From the IMG/VR virus record IMGVR_UViG_3300025913_000026, positions 20,698 through 84,697 of that record: a stretch of DNA of 64,000 bases. One strand, given 5' to 3'. The DNA comes from a virus. The translations under genes and the position numbers were made by a program. Below the pieces are notes generated by a model. That model did not search any database and was not told the origin of the DNA. It saw nothing but the letters and a program-made list of their open reading frames with translations. This document shows, piece by piece, positions 21,272 to 31,186 of the stretch (positions are counted from its first letter, which is position 1; every line of letters begins with the position of its first letter).

Positions 21272-21294
21272 GCTACAACGTTAAAGCAAATCTA
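21272..21294 (-). promoter_or_regulatory. Bacteroidota -7 promoter (TAGATTTG) with abutting palindromic operator GCTACAACGTTAAAGC
   Basis: Seen directly upstream of scaffold and capsid genes. Confidence 0.6.
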
Positions 21295-21304
21295 TAAAAA
21301 AATA

Positions 21305-21664
21305 TCAATATGGTTTAGTACAATGAATCAAAACTTTTGTGGCCCCAAATGTGGAACCATCCCCCAATCGTAAATATTTGAACCCAATAGGAGATATTCG
21401 GAACAAAGTAGTCCCGGTAACTGCTGTTGCTGCCGCTCCAGTTGTTAAATTAGTAGCCTGTACAGCATTATAGTTGGTTGAATCTTTTGCCGTCCCATCA
21501 ATTACTCCAGTAACTTCACCGCCATCATTTGTTGCTGCAATTGTACAAGTACCGGCTAATCCAACTACTTGAATTGTAATAGTTTCCCATTCAGAAATAT
21601 CGGCTATAGCATAAAAATTAGTAGCGCTAAGTTGTGGAGCTAAGTCCATCAAACGAGAAATCAT
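21305..21664 (-). CDS. Small T/A/G-rich virion (decoration-like) protein
   Basis: Composition and head-module position. Confidence 0.55.
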   Translation of the reverse strand: MISRLMDLAPQLSATNFYAIADISEWETITIQVVGLAGTCTIAATNDGGEVTGVIDGTAKDSTNYNAVQATNLTTGAAATAVTGTTLFRISPIGFKYLRLGDGSTFGATKVLIHCTKPY

Positions 21665-21675
21665 ATTATAATAAT

Positions 21676-21969
21676 TTATGTAGTTACGGTAATTGAATCA
21701 TTCACATCAAATGTGTTTTTGGTCGTATCTGGATGCGCTCCTGTTCCCAATGATAACTCTGGTTTATTTGGAATGGCTTTAAAGCTATGGCCATAATAAT
21801 CCACCGAATAAATAGTGCATGTATTAGTTGAGCTATCTAGGTTCCCTTGTTGACCTGGCACTAATTGCGGCAATATGGTTAATGCATCTGCCGCCGAAAG
21901 AGTACATGTTATTGCCGTCCCTTTAGCTGCCGGAGATACTTTTGTATTAGTACATGTTAATTCTGCCAT
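21676..21969 (-). CDS. Small T-rich virion protein
   Basis: Composition and head-module position. Confidence 0.5.
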   Translation of the reverse strand: MAELTCTNTKVSPAAKGTAITCTLSAADALTILPQLVPGQQGNLDSSTNTCTIYSVDYYGHSFKAIPNKPELSLGTGAHPDTTKNTFDVNDSITVTT

Positions 21970-21975
21970 AATAAG

Positions 21976-22659
21976 TTAATTTATATATCCAAATGAATAT
22001 TTTATATCGACACCTCTGGTATATCTTCTCTCTTTTATGCTTCCTCCTTTCGATCCCACTGGATAAGTTAAAGCATCTTTCAAATTCCATCCGTTTAATA
22101 TTCTTTTTCTTAATGTAGGGGCTGGTAGATTGTATTGATACGCCCATTCTCCATATGTTTTGCTTTCTCCATTATATGTAACGTATGTATTATTTATTTT
22201 TGAATTACAATTGCTTCTTGATGATACTAACGAACATCTTTGGGGAGAATATAAATCAGGCTTTACCCCTAGTCTTTTAGCTATTATATCTTTGTCAACC
22301 TGTAACCCTTTTTGCCATCCGGTTGCTATACACCAATTATAAAATGAGAGAAAATCATTCAGCCATTCGTCACATACTTTTACGCCTTTTGCTCCATAAT
22401 TTTTATATTGTTTATTATATGGTTTATAGCATCTTTCTATCATACTATTCCATACTCTAAATAAAGGATGATTAGATAATCCATGTGTCAATGTTGGTCT
22501 TAATGATTTATGATAACATCCGCAACTCTTTGTTTTACCAGAATTAACATTAGAATTCAATATTTCTTTTTCAACACCACACTTACAGATATATAACCCA
22601 ATAGTTTTACCACTTTTATCTTTGCCAACATTTTTTATGAAAGTCAAATAATTTTCCAT
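21976..22659 (-). CDS. HNH-type homing endonuclease
   Basis: CKCG..SCGC, HGLS.HPL..W.SM..RC...YG..GVKVCDEW, YSPQRC, C-terminal HTH. Confidence 0.8.
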   Translation of the reverse strand: MENYLTFIKNVGKDKSGKTIGLYICKCGVEKEILNSNVNSGKTKSCGCYHKSLRPTLTHGLSNHPLFRVWNSMIERCYKPYNKQYKNYGAKGVKVCDEWLNDFLSFYNWCIATGWQKGLQVDKDIIAKRLGVKPDLYSPQRCSLVSSRSNCNSKINNTYVTYNGESKTYGEWAYQYNLPAPTLRKRILNGWNLKDALTYPVGSKGGSIKERRYTRGVDIKYSFGYIN

Positions 22660-22667
22660 TCTATTTT

Positions 22668-25094
22668 TTATTGCTGTTGAACTAATCCTTCTTGCTGCTC
22701 GTATTCTGGATTTTCTTGTTCTTGGCCCTCTTTCGGCTGTTGTTGTTGTGCCTGAGCCATTATATTCTGTGTTAGGATTTGGTTTTCTTGCGAAATCGGG
22801 ATTGCCATGTTGGGCACCAACTGATTAATAATCGGAGCAAGCCATTCAGGCATTTGCGGATTTTCGCTTTTAGCGGCAATTGCAAACGATCCAATAACAA
22901 TTTGCTTTTTAATTTCTTGTAAAGCAGTATACTCTGCCAACTGCTTATCCGTTTCTAATTTCTGCATCAAAAGCTGCATATCGCCCTGAGCCTTTTGTTG
23001 CGCTGCTTGTGCTTGAATTTGCGCGTTCTGTTCGCTCTGTTGCTGTGCTTTTTCGGATTCAGAACGAATCATTTTCTTCATACTGTTACGCAGGTATAGC
23101 TCACTCAATTTCACATTCTCTTTTGCTATTCTACGTAATTTAGCCGGGTCTAAATATTGGATTAAAGCAGGATTACTAGCCAATGCATTTTGCATATCGG
23201 CTTCCATCCTTTGTATCTCAAATTGATCTGGCAACAATTGAAACTTGGTGCTAAACTGCCTATCCTTCACATCTTCCTCCTGCATAATATGCCTATAAGT
23301 ATTGCTACCAAATCGAACAGAATTATTTAAGAGACAAGCAATTTTCTTAGCGGTCTGCTCCAACACGTTGGCCACGGCATCATACATATAGTCCGTAGCA
23401 AAGGCAGCGGCTTGTTGTGAGGCTTGTACATTCTCTGAGGTTACCCTTGGCTGAACTGCTTGGGTAATAAGGTTAGGATCTTCACCTAATTGATCTTTAA
23501 GTACGCGATATTGGAAATCATATTGCTGAATTAATCCCTGCATTGCCCCAATGAACCCGGCATTCTGTAATTCTTGAATAGGCAATGGTATTGGATTACC
23601 TTCTGCATCCCGCCCACGGTAATACAAGCGGCCAGTTTGCTCATATAGCTTTTGTACGTTAATGGAGCTTTCCCCGTCTGCCGCCAGCCCCAGATCCACT
23701 TCCTGCATGGCATCTACATTTATCGCGGCCCCTGGTGGAATCATGGTAGCGATTATCTGCTGCATCTTCATGTAGATAACCATCATCTGCTTCACGGGCG
23801 CTTCTATCTTTTCAGGTAATGCGATATTTCGCATATCCTGATTTTGATACATGTAAAAGCTGATTGGGAATTCTACATCCCCGCTTTCTTTAGGGTCTTG
23901 TGGCCGGATCATATTATTGTCCAATCCCCATTCCAGCATCTTTTGAGCGTACCGGACGTACACCCCCTTATATAAGTTCCACTTATCTTTCTTTACGTAT
24001 TCCTGATTATCTCCTAAGCTATTTGGGGATTGCTGCCTACGTTCTATGATAGTCCTTTGATTCTGCTTAGTTACTGTCATTAAATAACCATCTTCATCAA
24101 CTGATTTTATCCAGAAGTAAATACATTCAACATTCCATTCATCGTATGGCCGGATATACGCTAACAACCAATCATAATTCCATGTAAGCTTATCGAATCG
24201 TTGATACTCGAATGAGGTTTGAGCTATTTTGAATATTTCTTCTTCTGATAATGTGCCGCCAAATTCTTTACCGTACTTACGTCTGACTTCTGAAATCTTT
24301 AACGACTTTACAAACCCACGCATAGCCGTATCCCGTAAGTCATCAAATTCAGAATAGGAATACAAACTATTTAATGGTTTAACCCATTCTACATGAATTA
24401 CTCCATATTCATCCATCCAAACATAAGTACATACTAAACCACATTCAGCCGAATCATGCAGCAGCTTTTTCTTCATTTCACTGAAGAACCCTTCACTACT
24501 TAAGATGTCATTAGTCCCTACCTCATATTTTATTTCTTCTGGGAGTAGGTTACCTATCAAATTCCATTCTTCTAAATCATCTTTATCTTCTGCTACAAAT
24601 TGGTCAGGGGAAACCATTGGGACTCCCGATTGCTGTTGGAGTTGTTCTAGCTGCTTTTTATTGTAAAGGACAAATTCAGCCTGTTCGTACTGTTCTTTCT
24701 TTTGTTGAACCGACAATGGATCGGTAGCTGTCACCTGGATTTTCTCTATGCGCTGCATCCACCGGCCCACCAACCCGGTTATAATCCTATTTGTAATGAG
24801 CAACGGGCTCCAAATAAGATTCGCATAGTTAATCTTTCCATTAAAGTTCAATAAATCGGCAAACATTGCATAAACATTCGTCTTACCGGCTGACCATAAG
24901 ATGTTGGTTTTGAACCTGTCGTTACGAAGAAATGAGTAGCCATTTACGACCCCGGCCGAATATTTCTGCTCTATATCGAGAGCTAATTGGAGGCCATATT
25001 TAGGGCCAAGTTTATCTTGGATATTCTTTGTGAGTAAGAAATCCTTATACGATTGACCAGATACCCCTATACTATTTGACTGATTTTCAGACAT
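22668..25094 (-). CDS. Portal protein
   Basis: 808 aa between terminase and scaffold; LYEQTGRLYYR motif; Q-rich C-terminal barrel. Confidence 0.8.
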   Translation of the reverse strand: MSENQSNSIGVSGQSYKDFLLTKNIQDKLGPKYGLQLALDIEQKYSAGVVNGYSFLRNDRFKTNILWSAGKTNVYAMFADLLNFNGKINYANLIWSPLLITNRIITGLVGRWMQRIEKIQVTATDPLSVQQKKEQYEQAEFVLYNKKQLEQLQQQSGVPMVSPDQFVAEDKDDLEEWNLIGNLLPEEIKYEVGTNDILSSEGFFSEMKKKLLHDSAECGLVCTYVWMDEYGVIHVEWVKPLNSLYSYSEFDDLRDTAMRGFVKSLKISEVRRKYGKEFGGTLSEEEIFKIAQTSFEYQRFDKLTWNYDWLLAYIRPYDEWNVECIYFWIKSVDEDGYLMTVTKQNQRTIIERRQQSPNSLGDNQEYVKKDKWNLYKGVYVRYAQKMLEWGLDNNMIRPQDPKESGDVEFPISFYMYQNQDMRNIALPEKIEAPVKQMMVIYMKMQQIIATMIPPGAAINVDAMQEVDLGLAADGESSINVQKLYEQTGRLYYRGRDAEGNPIPLPIQELQNAGFIGAMQGLIQQYDFQYRVLKDQLGEDPNLITQAVQPRVTSENVQASQQAAAFATDYMYDAVANVLEQTAKKIACLLNNSVRFGSNTYRHIMQEEDVKDRQFSTKFQLLPDQFEIQRMEADMQNALASNPALIQYLDPAKLRRIAKENVKLSELYLRNSMKKMIRSESEKAQQQSEQNAQIQAQAAQQKAQGDMQLLMQKLETDKQLAEYTALQEIKKQIVIGSFAIAAKSENPQMPEWLAPIINQLVPNMAIPISQENQILTQNIMAQAQQQQPKEGQEQENPEYEQQEGLVQQQ

Positions 25095-25111
25095 TATGAG
25101 AGAAAGTTATC

Positions 25112-25151
25112 CAAATGTAAGTTTTTTTTAAACACGCTACAACGTTTGAGC
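25112..25151 (-). promoter_or_regulatory. -7 promoter (TACATTTG) and palindromic operator GCTACAACGTTTGAGC near the -33 position
   Basis: Intergenic, upstream of portal gene. Confidence 0.6.
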
Positions 25152-27226
25152 TAATTGGCATTAAAATTTTGCTGCCCATGGTTGTTAATATAGCTTTTTA
25201 CTAATGGCTCTGTCGGCTTTTTAGGCTGTCTTATTGGCTCCATTAAGCACACCAAAAGAATAAGAAATGACACAACAGTATCATAAGCTGTGCGGTCGTA
25301 CGGGTCGAATACTTTAGCATTTTCTAGCAATTCTTCAAAATCTATTAATTCACAATAGTTCTCAAAGTATGCAATCCCCGTATCCAGTTGCTTGGTTAGG
25401 CTGAATGGTGTTGTAGGGAACCCTTTGAATCTATCCGCATCGCTTCTTTTAGTTGGGTCTATGGTGCTTAGTGGATAGGTTCCTAAATAGCCTACCTTAC
25501 CTCTATCCCTAAAATATGATAGGTAGTCATCAGCATTATGCTCATACCATATTTTAAAACCAAAATATTCTCCGGCCAGCATCACTTGATCGTGTAGCGT
25601 TTCTTTTACCGCAGGCCGACCATACAAATGGCCTATCGCCTTCCCTGTATTATGAGGATTCATTATATCAGGTCTTAGCCCAATCCATGCAGACGCCTTT
25701 GATCCGTATTTTCGCCCACCCTGGCTATTGCTATAGCCATCTACCGCTATAGCTCCTATTGAAATTCGATCCGGGTATCTTAGTTTGTTTTCGTACTTAA
25801 ATTTATTTTCTTGTCCCTTTTCCGGGAAAGCTGTAATGGTCCAATGGAAGTTCTTTTCATTTTCTTGAATATCTCTCCATCTTACAACTTGATCTAAATC
25901 TCTGTAGAAAATGATCTTTCTTTTGTAGATGGGATTTTCTTCTAAATGCTTTAGCCGCTTGTTTATATTGAAAGAATTAAAGGCGCAATTTGTATTGGCC
26001 GCCTCAAACATTTCATCTACCGTACAAGGATTCATACGAATCTCTTCTTCCAATAAATCACCAGTAAGCCCTTCTCTTCTTTTAACCATCACATACTTTC
26101 TGGCCCCCATTTTAATATCATCCTCTGTTAATTCAGAAACTACTATGCCAGTTATCGGGTCTTTCTTAACCCATTTATCTACTAGATATTGGAATTGTTC
26201 ATGCGTAGGTTCGCCTATGACAGAAATACCATGCCTATCAATAAACCCTTCATATCCATCGTATGCAGAAGAAAAATATGTAACAAAACGATTAGGTGTT
26301 GGCTTATTGGGATATTTGAATTGATTGGCTCCATCCCATGCTTTTTTAAACGCGGCACCCCCGCCTTTGGTCATTTCGTTTACAGTAGACGGTGCCTCGC
26401 AAAATCCAACACGCTTCGCACCCTTAACCATCGTCTTACTGACAATGGCTATGAACTTTGAGAAATCAACTTCGGTCGGCCATTTGCCCCCCTCATCGGC
26501 CAGTAAGCGGGTAACACGACCGGAATCATACGCATTTAATACAGGCGCTCTATAGGTAACCTTTGATCTATTCCCAGCATCCTCCTCTTTGCCTTTCTCT
26601 ATTTTAGCAGCCAGAACTATTTCCGTTACACTGTCAGGTTTATTAAGTTGTCGCGGCTTTAAGAATACTGGCAATTGGTTATAACCATGCCGCACCATGT
26701 CTGTGAATGTATTACGGCTGTCATCTTTTGTTTTACTAACTAAGCCGCAGTTGCTGTTGATGTAAAAGATACATTCGTAAATCAAGTTAGAAGTAGCTTG
26801 AGACGATGCACCTTCTCGCCTTTTTTTGCCCCTGAAAATACCCAAACACCATAGTATATTTTCCCAATGGTTTAAAAATAAAAAATACCGCCGATCTGTA
26901 TCGCGGTATTCGGGGTATATATCGTCCTCAAGTTTCCACCATTGAAGATAAAAATAGTGTTTGCCAGTTACATAGGTTGGTACGCCATTGTTAAAGAACC
27001 AAAATCCGTCCCTACATTTTACAACCTCTTCTCTGGCAAATTGCTCTTGTTCTAGTGTTAATAGGGCCGCACCATTCGAATCATATTCTATTTTATTGAA
27101 TACGGATGGGAGCTCTCTTCTTCTCCATATTTGCTCATAATTCTCTTTCCCCCATCCAGGCATTAATGTTTCCAATGGATTATCGGGAGTATACACCAAT
27201 GAGCCATATACATCTACATAAAGCAT
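25151..27226 (-). CDS. terL: Terminase large subunit
   Basis: TGKHYFYLQW, KKRREGAS Walker A-like, LLADEGGKW Walker B, IAVD nuclease motif; crAss-related type. Confidence 0.9.
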   Translation of the reverse strand: MLYVDVYGSLVYTPDNPLETLMPGWGKENYEQIWRRRELPSVFNKIEYDSNGAALLTLEQEQFAREEVVKCRDGFWFFNNGVPTYVTGKHYFYLQWWKLEDDIYPEYRDTDRRYFLFLNHWENILWCLGIFRGKKRREGASSQATSNLIYECIFYINSNCGLVSKTKDDSRNTFTDMVRHGYNQLPVFLKPRQLNKPDSVTEIVLAAKIEKGKEEDAGNRSKVTYRAPVLNAYDSGRVTRLLADEGGKWPTEVDFSKFIAIVSKTMVKGAKRVGFCEAPSTVNEMTKGGGAAFKKAWDGANQFKYPNKPTPNRFVTYFSSAYDGYEGFIDRHGISVIGEPTHEQFQYLVDKWVKKDPITGIVVSELTEDDIKMGARKYVMVKRREGLTGDLLEEEIRMNPCTVDEMFEAANTNCAFNSFNINKRLKHLEENPIYKRKIIFYRDLDQVVRWRDIQENEKNFHWTITAFPEKGQENKFKYENKLRYPDRISIGAIAVDGYSNSQGGRKYGSKASAWIGLRPDIMNPHNTGKAIGHLYGRPAVKETLHDQVMLAGEYFGFKIWYEHNADDYLSYFRDRGKVGYLGTYPLSTIDPTKRSDADRFKGFPTTPFSLTKQLDTGIAYFENYCELIDFEELLENAKVFDPYDRTAYDTVVSFLILLVCLMEPIRQPKKPTEPLVKSYINNHGQQNFNAN

Positions 27227-27549
27227 TAATCCCTCCTTGTTGCTATTGATTCAATAAATGGCTTTTTAGCTACATCCTTTTCTTCATCTTGCGTTACCCC
27301 AGCAATTGTACCTAACACCTTAGCTGAATTAGCTACTGTTTCACTTTTTTCAAGCAATTTAAATATACGGTCAAAACTTTTATCTTTAGGATCGTCTATA
27401 TTCATACCTTTTAATGAATTATCATTTAGCATATCTGCCATCTCATTCATCTTTCTATTAAGGGCATAATACAACTTCGCTAACCCATTTTGCTCATAAA
27501 TAGATAACCGCTGTTCAAGTTGCTGTATTTTTTTATTTAAATCATCCAT
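27226..27549 (-). CDS. Putative terminase small subunit
   Basis: 107 aa helical protein directly upstream of terL, ends KPFIESIA. Confidence 0.45.
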   Translation of the reverse strand: MDDLNKKIQQLEQRLSIYEQNGLAKLYYALNRKMNEMADMLNDNSLKGMNIDDPKDKSFDRIFKLLEKSETVANSAKVLGTIAGVTQDEEKDVAKKPFIESIATRRD

Positions 27550-28456
27550 ACTTAGCTCCCTTTTTTAAGTTATCTAATTCCCATAAGGGTTGCAAATTTG
27601 AATAATGAAAACATTGCATTTGTTCTTCCGGATTGCTTAAATCGAATTTTGAACAGGGCTTTTTATGGTCGATATGAATATTGCCTGCCATAAACTCATT
27701 CCATGACATTCCATCTATAAAAAGGCTGCAAAAATAATCTTTAAATTCGGCTATTGTACACCCAAGCATTATCTCAGTAGAAGCGCATTTATGTGTATTC
27801 CATTGCTTTAGTGCCAATCTAGTTCTACTTCTTATATTTTTAGCGATCCGATATTCAATATCTGTTTCTGTTTTCATCTTAGACCACTCTCTATTCCTTA
27901 CCTTCCTATTTTCTTTGGCCCATTCAGATAATTGATAATTCTTATACCGGTCTGGATATTTAGCTTTAAAGGCTCTTTGTTTGGCTAAATATTCTTCCTT
28001 TTTACCTGTTCGTTCTAAGTATGCTTTTCTTCTTTGATAAGCCTTTTTACTATACTCAGGATCACTTGATCTTCTCCTTATCGCACCCTCTGCTGCTTTC
28101 TTTTTATATTTATCTAGTTTTCTATAGTTTCTATTCCTTTCATTTATTTTATCCTTGTATTTTTTGGCTTGTTGTTTATTTCTTTCTAAACTTTTTTCTC
28201 TATTTACTGCATACCATTTCTTGTGATAGTCAGGATCATTTTCAATTAATTTTTTATACCTCTCTTTGCCTTTTAATCTTTGCTTTTCCCTATTAGCTTC
28301 ATACCACTTCTTTTTTCTAATACTATCACATGGTTTACAATATGGCTGAGGCCATTTACCACCGCCAGCCTTGTTATAATCGCTAATATATTTTTCTTGA
28401 TTGCAATCCTTGCATATCTTCTTCTCTAGTTCTTTTATTTCATCAGGCATACCCAT
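27542..28456 (-). CDS. HNH homing endonuclease with Zn finger and basic helical repeats
   Basis: CKDC..CKPC; HIDHKKPCS.FDL....CFHYSNLQPLW..DNLKKG. Confidence 0.85.
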   Translation of the reverse strand: MGMPDEIKELEKKICKDCNQEKYISDYNKAGGGKWPQPYCKPCDSIRKKKWYEANREKQRLKGKERYKKLIENDPDYHKKWYAVNREKSLERNKQQAKKYKDKINERNRNYRKLDKYKKKAAEGAIRRRSSDPEYSKKAYQRRKAYLERTGKKEEYLAKQRAFKAKYPDRYKNYQLSEWAKENRKVRNREWSKMKTETDIEYRIAKNIRSRTRLALKQWNTHKCASTEIMLGCTIAEFKDYFCSLFIDGMSWNEFMAGNIHIDHKKPCSKFDLSNPEEQMQCFHYSNLQPLWELDNLKKGAKYG

Positions 28457-28736
28457 GAATTTTTTTATTTAAAAACATACTACAAATAATAAATACAAGT
28501 GACATTCTAGCCCTGTCCTTTTCTTCTTCTGTAAATATTTCGCCACTTCTAAACCACACACCTGTATATTTAGATCCCATGGGCATTTTTATTTCGCACA
28601 TATAAGCCCCGTCTTTTACCTCAATAATTTCGCTGCCATCGCTCATTGACATTGCACCTTTATCTGCTATATATTCTCTATATTCTAATTTATATTCATC
28701 AACTAGTCTATTTATTATATCTAATACTATTGACAT
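28443..28736 (-). CDS. Hypothetical protein
   Basis: ORF in operon. Confidence 0.55.
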   Translation of the reverse strand: MSIVLDIINRLVDEYKLEYREYIADKGAMSMSDGSEIIEVKDGAYMCEIKMPMGSKYTGVWFRSGEIFTEEEKDRARMSLVFIICSMFLNKKIHGYA

Positions 28737-28741
28737 ATTAT

Positions 28742-28984
28742 TTAATTTAGAATTTGTTCTTGTGGCACAACAGGAAGGTCATCAGCTTCACATGTACAAG
28801 GTCTTAAAACAAGGGTTGAAATGTACGAAAAGCCATCTTCGGCTTCTTCATCTTCAACCGGGAAGTCAACAAGTTCGGATTGTTCAAAACAGACAGTGAT
28901 ATAAGTTTCCTCACCGTGAGGCATTACTACTGTCATATCATCTGGTAGTTCTTGGATTAGTTCTTTTAGTTGTGCTACTGTCAT
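28742..28984 (-). CDS. Hypothetical protein
   Basis: MTVAQLKELIQELPDD, a common small phage protein start. Confidence 0.65.
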   Translation of the reverse strand: MTVAQLKELIQELPDDMTVVMPHGEETYITVCFEQSELVDFPVEDEEAEDGFSYISTLVLRPCTCEADDLPVVPQEQILN

Positions 28985-29197
28985 TTATTCTGGTATTGTG
29001 TTTAGAAAATTATTGCATTGTTCTACGTGTGTTGTCTCCTTAGATTTAAATTCACAATGCGTGTCATCCTCCATGATTATGCTTAAATAATCATCAAATG
29101 GGCCATTTACTGGGCCACCACCCCATTGCCATACTTTTTTCACCTTGGGATGAATACATTTAATGCCTTCGCTTGTTTGTTCAATGTACTGTTTCAT
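28985..29197 (-). CDS. Hypothetical protein
   Basis: ORF in operon. Confidence 0.5.
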   Translation of the reverse strand: MKQYIEQTSEGIKCIHPKVKKVWQWGGGPVNGPFDDYLSIIMEDDTHCEFKSKETTHVEQCNNFLNTIPE

Positions 29198-29969
29198 TTA
29201 TATATTCATTTATTGGTTTAGCATCGGATTTAGACAGGCCCACATGGACAAGTCCTTCTTTTACTTTTTTAGTAAGGCTATGATCTATGGCTATAACCTC
29301 TTCCTCTCTTTTTGTGCGTTCATCTCCATTAGGTCTGCATCTTATTATTCTGGCTTCTTGTCCTGTGCTGGGTTCTCTAAAGACGATTTCGTAATCACAA
29401 GCCTTAATGGTTCGTACCACGAAGCCTGCATATTCTCCTGTCCTCATATAAAGAGTATCTTTACATAGTGTTGGTTCTATTCCATGAATTGGGCCTTTGT
29501 ATGGGATAAAAACTCTGTATGCAAAATCAAATGTGGATGTTGGTTGCCATTCTCCATCTGGAACTTTCCAAGCAAAACAATCTTCCTCCAAGACAGAAAA
29601 TATCTTAATGTCGCTTGCTATTTGTTCGCCACTTAGTTGGCCGCTATTCAGAACCTCGTTCTCTTCTCTACACCCATTATGGTGAAAAAGCATAAGTACT
29701 CCTTTTGGCAAGCCACCTCCACTTATCACCTCTCCATGTACTGGCTCTGTGTATTTCCTGTCAAAATTTTCGTATTTACGTTGAAGCGAGATAGTCACTC
29801 CATTTGAGAAAGTATGGTTATTTTTATAATTTAAATCTACCTTTAAAAGAACCCGACCTTCTGTGTTAGTTAATCGGCCTTCATTAGGTGTCCATAATCT
29901 TTCCATAAATTCAGTTGTAATCTCCCCCTCAGTTGATAAATGTACATATCCTTTATTCTGTTTCTTCAT
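29181..29969 (-). CDS. Conserved phage protein, possibly GroES-like repeats
   Basis: VHGEV..LFHHN pattern; position upstream of packaging genes. Confidence 0.4.
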   Translation of the reverse strand: MKKQNKGYVHLSTEGEITTEFMERLWTPNEGRLTNTEGRVLLKVDLNYKNNHTFSNGVTISLQRKYENFDRKYTEPVHGEVISGGGLPKGVLMLFHHNGCREENEVLNSGQLSGEQIASDIKIFSVLEEDCFAWKVPDGEWQPTSTFDFAYRVFIPYKGPIHGIEPTLCKDTLYMRTGEYAGFVVRTIKACDYEIVFREPSTGQEARIIRCRPNGDERTKREEEVIAIDHSLTKKVKEGLVHVGLSKSDAKPINEYINETVH

Positions 29970-30388
29970 TTAATATTCTGTTTATGCTTTTCTAATTCTT
30001 TCATAAATAACTCATAGTAAGCCTCAAACGTTTTGTGCTTTACTTCCGGGAAGTATATTTCAAATGACTTGAACCAACCTGGGTAATAGTTTTTATATAG
30101 TTCCACCAATCTCCTTTTATCGCCATAATCCAATTCACTTACTTCCCATACATTCTGCTTTTGCTTGACCCATCCTTTTTTAGTTTTAATATCTACATCC
30201 TTTAGTACTTCGTCAATGGTGGTATCTACGATTCTATTATTATCCTTATCATACACGGTAAATCGTTCATTTATTTGAACCTTTTTAGAGTGAACTACAT
30301 AAAGGCTATCTTCATCAACTAACCCATGCGTCTTTTGGGTATCTTCCTTAACCCATGATTCAACTTTTACTATTAAGTGTTCTTTCAT
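29966..30388 (-). CDS. Hypothetical protein
   Basis: ORF in operon. Confidence 0.55.
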   Translation of the reverse strand: MKEHLIVKVESWVKEDTQKTHGLVDEDSLYVVHSKKVQINERFTVYDKDNNRIVDTTIDEVLKDVDIKTKKGWVKQKQNVWEVSELDYGDKRRLVELYKNYYPGWFKSFEIYFPEVKHKTFEAYYELFMKELEKHKQNIK

Positions 30389-30626
30389 GTTGTTTAGCTT
30401 TTCTTAATTCTTGTTTTAAATAATCAATAGCGCGACTCCAATCAATATATTTGCCACCCATTGGGGTTGGTTTTCTAAAATTGATATAGCTTATTAGTTG
30501 ATTATAGTCGAAAACATTCATTAATTGACAATACCTTTTTACAATAGCTATCTCTTCTTTAGCGAAATCATTATAATCAGTCTTACTTACTTTATCAATT
30601 ATCCCTATGGCTTCCTCTTTGTTCAT
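30360..30626 (-). CDS. Hypothetical protein
   Basis: ORF in operon. Confidence 0.5.
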   Translation of the reverse strand: MNKEEAIGIIDKVSKTDYNDFAKEEIAIVKRYCQLMNVFDYNQLISYINFRKPTPMGGKYIDWSRAIDYLKQELRKAKQHERTLNSKS

Positions 30627-30771
30627 GAGCTTTTCTTATAATTGATCTTAGTTCCCGGCTTAAGGATAATTCTTCCTTCTTTTAATGAAGTCGTAAGCGT
30701 TTCTTTATATTTCCATACTCTTATAGTTCCTTCAACTATAAAACTTTTTTTCTCTGGATTTAATGGGCTTT

Positions 30772-31014
30772 TCATTTTTCTTTCTCCTTTTTACGTGGCA
30801 TCCACCAATCCGAACAATAATCATCCGGCTTTTCAGGTATTTCTCCACTTCCATTATTCCACTTTCGATAATAGGTATTTTCACAGTCCTCTCCGTCCCA
30901 GAAAAAGCAGTTAGCGCAGCAACTTCCACCATGCGCTACTTTCATGCCTGGCTGGTGATCTTTAGGGTATTCGATGGGGCCTTTTTTATTGGATAGTTTT
31001 ACTTTGGTAGCCAT
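30772..31014 (-). CDS. Small Cys-rich HiPIP-like protein
   Basis: CCANCFFW...C...YCSDWW. Confidence 0.45.
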   Translation of the reverse strand: MATKVKLSNKKGPIEYPKDHQPGMKVAHGGSCCANCFFWDGEDCENTYYRKWNNGSGEIPEKPDDYCSDWWMPRKKEKEK

Positions 31015-31186
31015 TGTTAATTAGTTTACCAAATTTATCAAAATAAACCTGTGTACCAAGGTATCTTTCAGGGAAAGCATAATACAAGTCCATAATATTT
31101 AATGGGCGGCTTAACTCCATTTCAGATATAATCTTAGGAGCTACAGCCAGCATGGCTATTGACTTTAAAAATCCCTTTCTGTTCAT
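30986..31186 (-). CDS. Small protein with Tat-like N-terminus
   Basis: MNRKGFLKSIAMLAVAP. Confidence 0.45.
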   Translation of the reverse strand: MNRKGFLKSIAMLAVAPKIISEMELSRPLNIMDLYYAFPERYLGTQVYFDKFGKLINNGYQSKTIQ

